DNA from: Octopus vulgaris
Lineage: Eukaryota
DNA: 64,000 nt
Assembly: GCA_951406725.2 (NCBI GenBank)
Contig: OX597817.1
Span: 65,534,001-65,598,000, forward strand
Direction: 5' to 3'
A program made the position numbers and the translations under genes. The notes beneath the pieces were generated by a model. It was not told where the DNA came from and ran no database searches. It saw only the letters and a list, made by a program, of their open reading frames with translations. Below, one piece after another: positions 43,686 through 56,619 of the stretch (its first letter is position 1; each line of letters opens with the position of its first letter).

Positions 43686-45030
43686 AAGACAATTTACGTG
43701 ATAAATGAATTTAAATAAACTTACTGTCGTTTGAAATGTTAAATGCAGCAGCAGCAGCAGTAGTAGTAGTAATAGTAGTAGTAGTAGTAGTAGTAGTAGA
43801 AGCAGCGGCTACCATTCTCTTTTTAGAGAGTAAAGAAAATATAATTTGCGTGTTGGAAACATTTACAAAATAATTTTAATAATAATTATCTCTACAACAC
43901 CCATGTGAATAATGACAGCATAAAAACAAAAACGTTAATCTATATATAGATGCATGAGAAAGATGTTCCAATAACAGCCACAGCTATAGCGTTGACAGTA
44001 GAAATGTTTAATTACGCATACATAGTGTTTATTAAATAATTTTAAATGTAATCTAAATTGTACCGTTAATGTAGCAATGGCAATTTAGCGTTGCCATGAA
44101 ATATAAGTAAATGTGAACTAATTTTTAAAAACTTTTCTATGGGCAGAAAGTGTAAAACATTCTGACCGGTTTCGAAATTTTTGAGAATCTCATCTGAGAA
44201 TAATTAGCCCCTTTTTCTGTTTCCAATGATATTAACAGCTTATAGCTAGTTATGGTGAATGTAAACTAGAATTCAACTAAAATCATTTTGCTAATTTACA
44301 CAACAGTACATTCGTTAACAGCATGGTAAATGGTTAATCAATCAATTAATTAATTAATTAATTAATTAATTAATAATGCGCGTACAGCATTTATTGGATC
44401 ATCTGAAATTTAATTTAGGATATGGCTTTAATGTGACAATGCATTAAATGTGTATCTTCTTTATATGACATTTCAAATTAGTAGTAATACTGTCAACAAA
44501 ATAGGAAACATAGCAACAGTAATGAAAAGGACGACAACTATATCAACACTTTTTCACTAGTTACATTTTACGCATTCGTTTTGAACTGAATACGATAGTT
44601 AAAAAAATGGTGATGAATTTGCAGGAACTTGGTCACTGGAAGATGAATATGTTGTTTTCAGTGCGAATGGCCTACAGTGATCGGAAGTGGAAGCTAATTA
44701 AGTGAAAATAGATGAGGGCTCTCATTATATGTAATGATTCATTTTAATTAAATAAAAAATTCCGAGAACTATTATTTATAATAAAGGATCAGTGACATTT
44801 AGAAGGTAATTTTAGAGTAAAGTCACTTATTTTGAATAAGCAAATAGCAATTGAAAATAGTTAATGGAAAAGAAACGGTTTCTAGGGAAGATATTGCAAC
44901 TGAAACGATTGCACTGAGAGTAGGTCTTGGCAATTTCTTAGGAGCTAAACAAGATAATTCAAACAGATGTGTTTAATATTTCAGTTGCAAATATTCGAAC
45001 TACTTGGTGAGAGATGGACAGGCAATAATA

Positions 45031-46231
45031 CAGGGTATTTGGGCTAAATTTGACAGATTGCATAAAAGGTAAAATAAAACACGATATTCCATCTAAAAAA
45101 TAAGAGTATTTAAAAATCTCAAAAAATATCAAGTAAATCAGGAGTGCTCAACTATATTTTAACTATGGACCCCTTTGATTACTAATTTTTTCTGATGGAC
45201 TTCCATATCCATTCGATGTTTAAAAACTTGTTTTATTGAAACTTTTTTCAAAATTCCTTTTTGTCTTTCACACATTAACTTGTGTAGGTTGAACTATTTA
45301 AAATGTTAAAGAAACCTAGTTATTTCTTGCAACAGATACCAATATATATACCTAAAGCAAAATTTTTTCAGAGGCACTTAGAATACTTTTGTCGATCTCC
45401 AATTTACTGTTTTGTTATGTGGACCACCTAAAATCTTATATGGACCCTGGTTGAGAACCACTGAATTAGATTATAGCAGGGAGATAACAGTTTACTCATA
45501 GTAGCTGCTCTTAGCTGCCATCACAGCCTCAAGAATGCTCTGGAACCTGACGCATGCATTGCTCACTGTGTCTCTGAAAAGATTTTCAAACACTTCCTTG
45601 ATCTTGGCCACCGGCTCAGCCTTGTTGCAGGGAGAGCGGTTGGTGTATTTCTCAACCGGGCCCCACACATAGTATTACAACTGGGGGAATTAGGAGGACA
45701 GAAATTGGGGCGAATGAGCTCGTAGAAATTTTCTGACAAACACTTATGACTCTTTCCAGAGATATGGTAAGGATCCAGATACCTACTGTCACACATATGG
45801 CCTTCCAATAGCAACCCTCTCCAGTTAAGGTCTCCAGCAGCTTCACATAGCCGTCTGAATTGAGCCTAAGGGCCTTTTCAAAGATACGAGGGGGAAATCT
45901 GGCATGCGGACGCAGTCAGAATGCCTGCTGTGTCCCTTCCTGCTGGCCACGGCTTTGTGGTCTCCCTTGAAGCAGTCCATGTCGCGTCTTACAGCCTTTA
46001 CAAAGTTCACAGTGAGTTGGACGTCAGTCATGATGTCGGCATTTTGATATTCTGCTCGAAACGTCTTGACACAAATAAATCTTTTCCAATTCTTCCAACC
46101 AGTTAACTTATTCCCAACTACAACTTTAATCTTTATGCTCTCCAACGCTGTTGACTGTTCATCAAAACATCAAGCTATTCCTGAAAAAAAGGAGACATAA
46201 AAAGATCGTCAAGTTTATCCCGAACGCCCTG
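45031..46231 (-). mobile_element. Internally deleted Tc1/mariner (maT-like) element with TIRs and TA TSD
   Basis: TA|cagggtatttgggctaaatttgac ... gtcaagtttatcccgaacgccctg|TA. Internal remnant NFCPPNSPSCN. Confidence 0.8.
45090..45463 (-). mobile_element. Nested hAT/Charlie-like MITE fragment
   Basis: Minus strand begins CAGTGGTTCTCAACCAGGGTCC, a Charlie-type terminus. The other end was not found. Confidence 0.55.
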
Positions 46232-46249
46232 TATATCTCGTTCGATACT

Positions 46250-46480
46250 TCGTAGAGATGATTACGCGCATATTTGATAATTTTGTTGACGTACTGACCG
46301 AGTCAGATCAATCAAAACCTTTTGATAGTGTTGACTATATTATGTGGAAGCACTAAGCCAATGTGCAGCATTGCTCGGTAATATCCGCTCGCTGATCAGG
46401 GTAACTAGATACAGATCTGAACCGATTCACATAATACTCTGTCTGTCAAGAGCGTCCCCCTTTCGTTGCCTCTGTAGGTT
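46250..46480 (+). pseudogene. L1/Tx1-like RT fragment
   Basis: DQSKPFDSVDY (DQxKAFDRVxH) and SVCQERPPF (SVRQGxPLS-like). Confidence 0.5.
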
Positions 46481-47360
46481 TTTCATGTGAATAATGTTTC
46501 TGAATTATTTAATCTCCAAGCAATTCTATTTCCCTATATCTATAAATGTATATTTACTTAGTACTTCACTTATTACTCTGGCGATTATGTAGAGGCTATG
46601 CTTTGCTAAGGAAGTAAGAATCAGGCCAAAACATATGTATAGCTGTCTCTCATACACACTCAGAGATGTCAAAATAATATAAGCCATTGATTAACTTTGT
46701 TTATTTTCTATCACATTTATTTTTAATTGGTTATTTACTTTAGTATGTGTTAAATACACAAATACTTTTAACTCACATAATCATTAAGTGTTATTAGAAG
46801 TCAGTTAAATTACTTTTGGGTTCAGCTTCTCAAAAGATACATGGAGAGAGTGGTAGATAGAGAAAGGGAAGTTCAAGGGAGGTTGTATAGGTTCAAGTTA
46901 GCCCTGAGGTAACAAACTTACGGTCAATGACTTTTCATTGTATGCATCTCTGCAGGGAACGACAGGAAAGAAAAATGGCTGCTATTTCTAGTAAGATCCT
47001 TAAATCAATGATGTAGAGGTTCTCTCATTGACTCGTTTTCTATTTTCACGATCTTGTATATCATCTTCATGGACATTAAAAATTTGAGATATAATAACTA
47101 GCAAAACTTCCGCCGCTACTCCACTCACCATCATCAATTTTTCTCTGCGGTAGAAATAAAAGAGGATAAAACGAAATGGGAAAAATGTGAGGTTTCAAGC
47201 GATGCTAAAAATACGTTTACAAAACAAACATACTTGTAAGTTTGATTTAAATTTCTCCGTAGTTCTCTTTATACCTCTTATATGCTCTCTCTCTTTCTAA
47301 TTCCAAATGTGACTGCTCTCAAATTTCTCGGTTGCTGGTGTCGTTGCTTCTACTTCTGCT

Positions 47361-47391
<31 letters not shown>

Positions 47392-47618
47392 AACGTTGAG
47401 TGATGATATTATAAATCAGATTAAAGTTTAAACAGTACTGAAACAGATGCATGTATATACACATTTATTTCATGTATTTCGATGAAGCTAAGATAAACTT
47501 CAGTGTGCGCGATTTTGATGACATTTTCATTATGTTTACTTCGCTCTGCGTAGTTCTTCACAAAATTTCATAGACCTGTTCACGATCAAATAGAGCAGTT
47601 GGAAACAACAGACTTATT

Positions 47619-47928
47619 TCACGCAAATATTTTGCATTGCGACATCTTGACTACCCCTTCGATAACGTCGCTAGCGTGGAGAGCGGAGGCTGATACGCAT
47701 GGGCGACAGCGTGTCTTCCATAAATAATTTGCCCCGACTTGTACCTGAGAGAAGAACTTTCTAGGTGCAATCCCATCGTCATTCATGACCGAAAGGGGTC
47801 TTTTACCTTCATAAGTCGTGTGGACTTTCCTATGGTAGACGACAGATGAGGGTTCAGCAACATTTTGCTGAACGAGTGTACAGTCGTTTCGAAAGTAATA
47901 GATCTGATTCTGTTGGTTTGCTGTCAGT
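47619..47928 (-). other. Candidate host exon (unique, GC-richer sequence after a 3' splice site)
   Basis: Minus strand ttcatttctctttaAG|ACTGACAGC at 47928. One frame is open to 47619; possible donor CAG|gtacaa at 47745. Protein not recognised. Confidence 0.35.
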
Positions 47929-48018
47929 CTTAAAGAGAAATGAATACCATACCAGTTAGTTTTAAAACTTTTGTACAATTCCTATATGTATGTGTGTTCG
48001 TGTGTGTGTGTGTATACG

Positions 48019-48085
<67 letters not shown>

Positions 48086-48116
48086 TATATATACATATAT
48101 ATAAACATATATACAC

Positions 48117-48150
<34 letters not shown>

Positions 48151-48254
48151 ATGTATGTCTATATATATGTGTATATATGTATGTCTATATATATATACAT
48201 ATATACATATACATATACATACATGTATATATATGTGTATGTATATATATATAC

Positions 48255-48319
<65 letters not shown>

Positions 48320-48399
48320 CACATGTGTGTGTGTATGAATTGAGTTGTTATTTCTTATACTTGAGGAGAGCCATGAGCTATAGTGGTTATAAAGTCAAT

Positions 48400-48449
<50 letters not shown>

Positions 48450-49135
48450 CGTTCGCCTCAGCTTTTGCTTCTATTCCTTCTATGTTTTTCTATCACAACA
48501 TTTCTGTGATCTTTTCAATGAGTTTAAATTCACCATTTAATTTAAGCTCTTTGAGAAGATCACAGAAAGCTGTGGCACAAAAATATACTGAGGATATAAG
48601 CAAAAACTGTGGAGAATGGTTTGTGATTGTTTATTGACTCTGAATATAATCAGTATTACTCAGCCAAAATATTATAATATCGATTTCATCACTTCGTTTC
48701 ATACGAAAATTCTTGTAAAGAAAAATTGACAAATGATATATATGTGTGTGCGCGCACATATGTGCCTGTTTGTAGATATTTATATCTACATTTCTATATA
48801 TACATATGTATACGTATATATATGTATATATAGAAATGTATGTGTGTGCGTGTGTGTGTGTGTGTACATGCGGTGTATTTGCCAGACTCTTTTTCTTAAG
48901 ATAAGCGGTGTATAAGCGGTCTTTTGCTTAAGATAAGCGGTGTATAAGAAGGCAAAAGTGGACCAGAGAGAAATGTAAGTAAAACTTACAAGTATCTCCG
49001 TTTTGTAAATGCATTTTTAGCATCGCCTTAAAATGATGATAACCGTGGTTAAACCTCACATTTTTAGTTTCTGGAACTAGAAAAATAACAAGCAGAGATG
49101 TTAATAAATACACATTTGTTACTATTTAGACATAT

Positions 49136-49471
49136 TCGAACCCGTAAAACAGCCATTGACTATATTTTCTAATGGAAAAAATTTCTCGTTGTAGACAGAT
49201 AGGTATAAACACAGAAAGTTAGATTGCAGCGTTCCCTAACCAGTCATAGTACGGAAATATAAGAGAGACCTGTCTATCTGGTCAGTCAGCAACGTCTACT
49301 TTTCCGATCTATGGTGCAGAGGGGAGGTAAAAACTACTCCGAAATTCCCACATCCAGCAGTCTGGTTAGGGAGCTCTGCGAACTAACAGGGTGTGTTTAA
49401 ACCTACCTGTCTACAACAAAAGGTTTTCTTTATGACAAAATATAGTGAATGACTTTCTTAAGGATTTCGAT
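49136..49471. mobile_element. MITE with ~105-bp degenerate TIRs
   Basis: cattgactatatttt...ttgtagacagataggtataaacac...ccctaaccag vs ctggttaggg...gtgtttaaacctacctgtctacaa...aaaatatagtgaatg. Confidence 0.8.
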
Positions 49472-49731
49472 CGTGGTTTTGATTTCTGGACCGGCGTTCT
49501 TGAGTAAAAAACATTATTTCACGTTGCTCAGCGATCAGTTCGACTTTTGACGAGAGGCACATTTGCGCACATGTGCAGGAATTGTCGATTTAATGGAGTG
49601 AATGTACAGTACATAGTATAAACAAATAATTTGCACAGGTCCTTCAGTAAAAACAAAACACACATACGTCGTCTTCGACAGGATATTTGTAAGTATGTGT
49701 GTGTATGTGTGTATGTATGTGCATATAAGTA

Positions 49732-49797
<66 letters not shown>

Positions 49798-49878
49798 TAG
49801 TCTGTATATATATATATATATAGATATATATAAGTATATATATATACATATATATAAGTATATATATATATATACATC

Positions 49879-50200
49879 ATACTAATACATACACCAACCC
49901 TATACATACACACGTCCAGACCTCTCATACGCACTTATACTCTCTCATACACACACACACACACACTTATACATACTAATACGTACTAATACATACTAAT
50001 ACATACTAATACATACACCAACCCTATACATACACACGTCCAGACCTCTCATACGCACTAATACTCTCTCATACACACACACACACACACACACACCCTT
50101 ATACATACTAATACATACTAATACATACACCAACCCTATACATACACACGTCCAGACCTCTCATACGCACTAATACTCTCTCATACACACACACACACCC
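49879..50200. repeat. Minisatellite, three ~95-125-bp units
   Basis: atactaatacatacaccaaccctatacatacacacgtccagacctctcatacgcact..(ca)n repeated three times. Confidence 0.95.
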
Positions 50201-50204
50201 TCAT

Positions 50205-50512
50205 GTTGGAGCTGGTCATTCAACCCTATTATAAACCCTATTATCTCCCCTTATTTCGCTCTCGCGTCTCATGTTTGATCTTTGACCTCTGGCCGAAATC
50301 AGATCGCCATGTTGATTCGTTAGTTACTGCACGCATTTTTTTCTCTCCTTCTTTCTGTGTTTTTTTCTCTCTGTGTATCTTTCTGTTGAAGAGCGTAGGC
50401 TCGAAACGTTAAAGACATGTTTTATTTATATTTCCTGAGCGCCATACTAATACAATTGTTTGTTTGTTTCCCACCTGCCTTCGTCTTTTGTCTATTTCCA
50501 TAAAGCTTCCCG

Positions 50513-50515
<3 letters not shown>
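50205..50515 (+). mobile_element. Penelope-like 3'-end element with HHR-like motif (50378-50416), ending in (TA)n
   Basis: tcttt CTGTTGA A GAGC gtag GCTC GAA ACGT T aaaga. Homologous to 33470-33655 and more distantly to 55400-55600. Confidence 0.7.
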
Positions 50516-50578
<63 letters not shown>

Positions 50579-50728
50579 TTATATATCGTGAAGTATATTT
50601 GCAACCTAAATGTGGCTAACCCTTAAGGGTTGATGCTACTGTACCTTGTAGCCCCAGGAAGACATCTCCTCCGGCTAGCTATTGACACACTTTCTGTGCC
50701 CTATCAGTATTTGCAAAGGGAAGTCATC

Positions 50729-50823
50729 TTTCCCATCTCCAGCCTGACGTGATACACACGGACCCGAGTTTCTGGATATTGACCCGTCATCAGCGTGTGA
50801 CAGCCACTGTTGGCGATGGGAAA
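50729..50823 (-). ncRNA. Type I hammerhead ribozyme, canonical core, extended stem I
   Basis: Minus strand: cacacg CTGATGA c GGGT caat ATCC a GAAAC tcgg GTC cgtgtg (50799-50755). Distal 12/13-bp helix 50729-50741 / 50811-50823. Confidence 0.8.
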
Positions 50824-50859
50824 TTGTTCTCAAAGCAAATATATATACTTTTTCTAGTG

Positions 50860-51570
50860 ACGAAATAGGATGTTGAACTGACGAGGATCGGAAATGTGGA
50901 AGAGTATGCTGTCTAAGAATCTGCTTCTAGGTTTCAGCATTGACATCCCCTTGTAGGCGAATAAGTGGACCAGGACCAGCAGTAGAGATCACTCACCATA
51001 CCATTACACTACCTCCTCCGTATTTCACTGATTTCTTCCCATATGCATAATCTTTCACCACTTCTTCCGCCATCGGAACCAATCACATTAAACTTCGACT
51101 CATCGCTAAAATGAACCAGTGATTACTGTCCTTCTGTCCAAACGACATGTTCGTGAGTGAAACGAAGACGGGCTTTTTGATTCTTCTTGGAGATCAGAGG
51201 TTTCTTTGCCGGTGCCCAAGCAAGCAACCCAGAATCTCGTAACCTCTGAAAAACTGTTTTGCACGATACGCTGACATCGGAAGTGGAACTAAACTTGCGG
51301 GATATCTTAGTAGCATTCTATCCTTCAGTGACATTCTAACCATAATACAATCCCGGCTTGGTGAAGTTTTAATCATGATAGACATTCATGATTAACTTTA
51401 TGAAAGGCCTTCGAGATATATCACATCCATATTTAAATGTCTGCGCTGTTGTTTCAGTACCCAGTCATAATGCTGCCGTAGTTGTTTGAGGTACCTCCTT
51501 CCTGGAGTAAAGCCGTGCTGCTGTTTCAGTGAGCAAGATATTTTCTTTCCAGAATGCTTCTCATGACTAT
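50860..51570 (-). pseudogene. Decayed Tc1 (DD34E) transposase
   Basis: SKKNQKARLRFTHEHVVWTEGQ*SLVHFSDESKFNVIGSDG..KSVKYGGGSVMVW*VISTAGPGPLIRLQG. Confidence 0.9.
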
Positions 51571-51599
51571 GTTCTTGTGTGAGTTCAACGAGATAGACT

Positions 51600-52490
51600 T
51601 GAGAATTTGATACCTGCTCGACTTCCTCTTAACTTTTTGGGAAGTTTGCCGCAATGGTTTTAACAGAGCATTCGAATGTCATTTGAATGTCATGAAAAAG
51701 GTCACTGGAAAAACCTCAGGGCATGTGGTTGAGTTCAAGTTAATCTCATGAGTGGCTGATTCTAAATTCTCTACGTTTATGTAATCTGTGTTTGCCTCTT
51801 CCCTGTAAAGAGTTGCAGTATTAAAGAGTAGATCATGCCTATTTATTTGCAAATCTCCCAGTGGAGAAGTGAAAACACTTTGAGGTTGTTTTAAACATAC
51901 CCCTTGGTGTCTGTAGTCAGTGAGCTATTTTCTTCAAACAGTGACCCTATCTTGTAATGAACTAAGGCGGATTCTTTTGGAAATTTGTAGAAAGCCTTAT
52001 GTTTCGTTTTTATATTTTCAGCTGCGCTGTTTTTCCTTTTTTTCTTCTCATTTTCATGGGAGAGTCTGATTTTGTTTTGGCTCACTGAAAGTGTCGCGAG
52101 ACATTATTAAGTTGTTTATGAAATCTGACGTCTATATTATCCGTCTGATAAGGATGATTTTTGACTCTAAGAATAATGTTTCTGTTTATATTTCTTTGAA
52201 ACGAATTTAATGCTTGCATTATTGACATTAATTCTTTAAGTTACCTTTAAGTTTCTTACATAGAATAGTTTCGGGCCAGTTGTGTTTCAGGAATTTTTCT
52301 TGAGCCAGTTTCCAGTTAGCTTTGGAAAAGTCCAGGATGGATAAGGTGCTGATACATTCTGTGTGGTATATTTGATTTTGCATTGGGCAGTACATTATTA
52401 ATTTTACTATGTTATGACCTGAGAAAATCGTTGGTATCAACTTCAGTGTAGAGGTCCAAGATGTTGCTCCTGAACGGGTACAGTATTATT
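51600..52490 (-). pseudogene. CR1/L2-like LINE ORF2 remnant (end of APE domain plus linker)
   Basis: SNILDL..IPTIFSGHNIV (SDH motif)..LDFSKANWKLAQEKFLKHNW. Confidence 0.65.
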
Positions 52491-52499
52491 ATCTATAAA

Positions 52500-52930
52500 C
52501 AGATTCTGCTTGGTTTTTGAACACACCCATGAAGTGATTCTGCATAATTTTTGTTCATAACGTTCCCCAGACTTGACTAGCCCGGATTTTTTTCTTGTGG
52601 GGATATCTCAGAAGGTTTACGTTAACAAACCAGAAACACTGGTGCAACTGAAGGAGAGCATCAATAGAGGAATCAGAGAAGTGGGGTCTGAAACTTTTGA
52701 GGGTGTTATAGTGCAAGTTTTGGGAGCACGGGAGTGCGAAGTCGGAAATGGCTGCCATTTAAGCGATGTCATTTTTCATATGTGATGTCGTAGTGTTGCA
52801 AAATTCGATTAATGCATATCAAGTTCCATTATGTCCTTAATATCATATCAAAATAATTTCATGCATTTATTTGTAAAGTTAAGAAAGTTATTAAAAATTG
52901 AAACCCATCAGTAACTTTTAGGACACCCTG
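52500..52930 (+). mobile_element. 3' end of a Tc1/mariner element (rosa/DD41D-like)
   Basis: SPDLTSPDFF.WGYL..KVYVNKPETLVQLKESI. Ends with TIR acttttaggacaccctg|TA. Confidence 0.85.
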
Positions 52931-53124
52931 TACATTGTTGTAAGTTCATTAGTACTGCTTTTATTATTCCATGACTTTCCTGAAACTTAACACATTTGTA
53001 TGTATGTATGTATGTATGTATGTATGTATGTATGTATGTATGTATGTATGTATGTATGCATGCATGTATGAATGCATGTACGTTTGCATCTATATGTATG
53101 TGTATGAATATATATATATTATGA

Positions 53125-53157
<33 letters not shown>

Positions 53158-54857
53158 CATACATACATGCATTCATACATACATACATACATACATACAT
53201 ACATACATACATACATACATACATACATACATACATACATGTTGATACATGTATGGAAAGGTTAAAATAAAGCGCTCATACACTAGGAAAAGACTCCTTA
53301 AAAAGGTTAGTAACATCCTGATAAAAGATTTTATAACATTTGTTTAAAAATATTTTTTTTTAAATCACCTTTACACTTCAAAACTATATTAAGTAATTCT
53401 CATAGATTTTCATATATATATACATGCATACATATATGTTGCTATGTATATGTATATACATGAATACATACAGACAGACAATTTTTAATTGAAGTTGAAA
53501 CTTACACGACTCGATCGCTCCATATTTCGGTTCATCTTATAGTAGTTGAATTAGCAATGAACATACAGATATAAGCATATGATTTAACATAACGTTATAA
53601 TGTCACAGAATATTTTAAAATAAACTTGTAATTTGATTGTTTTGGGTGGGCTTTCTATAGCATTAGTATAGATATAATTAGGTAAAAAATAGCGATTATT
53701 CGAATACGAAATGTAAAATGGGAAATGTAACTCGAAAATTGAAAAATAGAATAATAGGAAGAAGTGACGAAAATAAGAACAGAAAATAAAAAATATGAGT
53801 AAAAAAGATTTAGAGCTATTTTATACTATGCTGATTGAAAAAATCCTATATCTCGTTTATGAAATGCCTATAAAACTATTTTCTTTTCTTCATTTTTCTC
53901 ATTTTCAGGAATTTTTTATCCATTTGTCATTTGCATATATCGTTCATATCGGTTTTTTCAATCAGCATATTATATAACAGTTCTAAATCTCTTTTTCTCT
54001 TCTTTTTGTATTTTCTTTCTTTTCCTCCTCTATTCTTCTCTTTCTCCTTTTCTTTTCTATTTTTCCATATTCCAATTTCACCTCTCATTTTACATTTTAT
54101 ATTCGGAACCGGTATTTTCTACCCAATTACATCAGCGTTAACGCTAAAGCATTCCAACAACCAATCAAATTACGAGTTTTGGCGGACATTAAGAACCGAC
54201 ACGTTGAGAGCGTACTTTTTCTGTTTTTCCTTTTTTATTTAGTTGTGGTTCGAATGAATACTTCCGTTCTGTAAGACTTTCATTATTGCAAACTTTCTTT
54301 ATTATTCATTCAACGTAAACTTCTTAAATTGCTTAATCATGTCTTCGAATTCCATGTTGATAATGAATAATATCCATCATGATAATGTCACTGAATTTCA
54401 ACAGGATCGTAGTGACATTTCTAGAGCCACATATTGCATATGTTCTGAGCTAATGTCAATGCAGAAACAGTGAAATTGTTTTCATTGCGAGTACTTGAAA
54501 TAACAATGACCTCCTGTGCAGTATTCGTAGAAGCAAGTTGCATTAGTACTCAATATTTGGGAGATATCACATTTTAGAAATTACGTCAAATTGATCACTT
54601 ATGGGTGTAAATGAAAAATGACGGTACACTACAGTAAGATGAGTTTTAAATATTCAAATGAAATGTATTAAACAACGAAAGTATCGGATTGCTATTCAGT
54701 TAGGCATGGTCTGGACCAATCTTTGGCCGAAACATATCTAAGTTAGGTAAGTTATAATGAAATCAGGATGTACCTCTGTTCATTCCAAGTATTTCTGACA
54801 ACATCCCAAAAAATCTTTCACTTTCTTCTAATAATTTCTGAAGTTATGGTCGAGGTG

Positions 54858-54910
<53 letters not shown>

Positions 54911-54926
54911 TACCTTGTTTATTTTT

Positions 54927-55024
<98 letters not shown>

Positions 55025-55059
55025 TGTGTGAGTGTGTGTGTGTGTGTGTATGTGTGTGT

Positions 55060-55385
55060 GAAGGCGCGTGACTTAGTGGTGAGAGGGCATTCGGCTCACG
55101 ATCGTATGGTCGTGAATTCAATTTCCGGCGACGCGTTGTGTCCTTGAGCAAGTCACTTTATTTCACGTTGCTCCAGTCCACTCAGCTGGCACAAATGAGT
55201 AGTACCTGTATTTCAAAGGGCCAGCCTCATCACACGCTGTGTCAGGCTGAATCTCACTGAGAACTATGTTAAGGGTACACATGTCTGTGGAGTGCTCGCC
55301 TACTAGCACGTTAATTTCAAGAGCAAGGTGTGCCGTTAATTGTATCGGCTGGGACCCTCGTCATCGAAACCAACAAGGTGCTCCT
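55060..55385 (+). mobile_element. tRNA-derived SINE family D with CORE/Meta-like domain
   Basis: gcgtgacttagtggt...tgtgtccttgagcaagtcacttta...ccactcagctg..aaatgagta. Other copies at 61930-62160(-) and 49465-49535 (partial). Confidence 0.8.
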
Positions 55386-55399
55386 ATATATATATATAT

Positions 55400-55608
55400 A
55401 TAGTTAATCCAAACATGAAAAGCACAAACAGAAAACACAACAACGCGAGGACGTGGAACAAGTATAGTGTTATTGGACGCTTAGAAAAGGAAAGAAAGAA
55501 GGAGGATTTAACGTTTCGAGCGGAGTTCTTCGTCAGAAACATAAGAAAAGGAAAGATCCAAGAAAGGGAAGACGGAGGAAAAAATCGCCAACGATACACA
55601 CGCAGTCA
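55400..55608 (-). mobile_element. Penelope-like 3'-end element with HHR motif (55507-55539)
   Basis: Minus strand: ttt CTGACGA A GAAC tcc GCTC GAA ACGT T aaa (one stem II mismatch). Ends in (TA)n. Confidence 0.65.
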
Positions 55609-55625
55609 CACACACACACACACAT

Positions 55626-55657
<32 letters not shown>

Positions 55658-56161
55658 GTGTGTGTGTGTGTGTATATAGATACATGCATACAAGCGCGCG
55701 CAAACACAGACACACACAAACACTACATGTTTATTGTTAATTGCAATACTAACTGAAAATCCAGAAGGTGAAATCCGGGAGCAACAGTGGAAAAGCTTAA
55801 GCTTCAGTTAAATATTATATAACTACGTTTTCGCTTGAGTATTGTTTTCTCGTATTTGTACTAGTAGCACTCCCCTATTATGCATGCATATATATATGTG
55901 CGCGAGTGTGTGTGAATGTGTGTGAATGTGTGTGAGTGCGTGCGTGTGAGTGTATGTATATGTATGTATGTACATACGCACACACACACACACACACCTA
56001 CACGCCACCCCACACACATATATATGTAACATATATATAAAAATATATATATATATATACATATATAAAACAAATGATAGAGGCGGAAAATGGAATATAC
56101 GAGAAACTCTATTGCTCACAACAGTGAACTACTATGAACATCCCATTACTTAAATATTTTA

Positions 56162-56226
<65 letters not shown>

Positions 56227-56619
56227 CTCGTATTTATAAATAGGAACATGTTACTCTACCTCTCCGTATCGAGTAGTATTTTTGATTTTTTTGTATTAAT
56301 TATCAAGAATTTTGTATGTATGTATGTATGTATGTATGTATGTATGTATGTATGTATGTATGTATGTATGTATGCATGCATGTATGTATGTATGTATGTA
56401 TGTATGTATGTATGTATGTATGTATGTATGTATGTATGTATGTATGTATGTATGCATGCATCTATGTATGTATGTATGTATGTATGTATGTATGTATGTA
56501 TGTATGTATGTATGCATGTATGTATGTATAAGTATGAACAAATGAAAGAAATTAGCTATCAGTATATTTCATTGGAGTTACGTTTATCTAATAACAGACT
56601 CAGCTCCTGATTATTTAAA

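Noticed and set aside
49879-50200. CRISPR-like repeat array
   Set aside because: Whole units repeat with no unique spacers; eukaryotic context and no cas genes.
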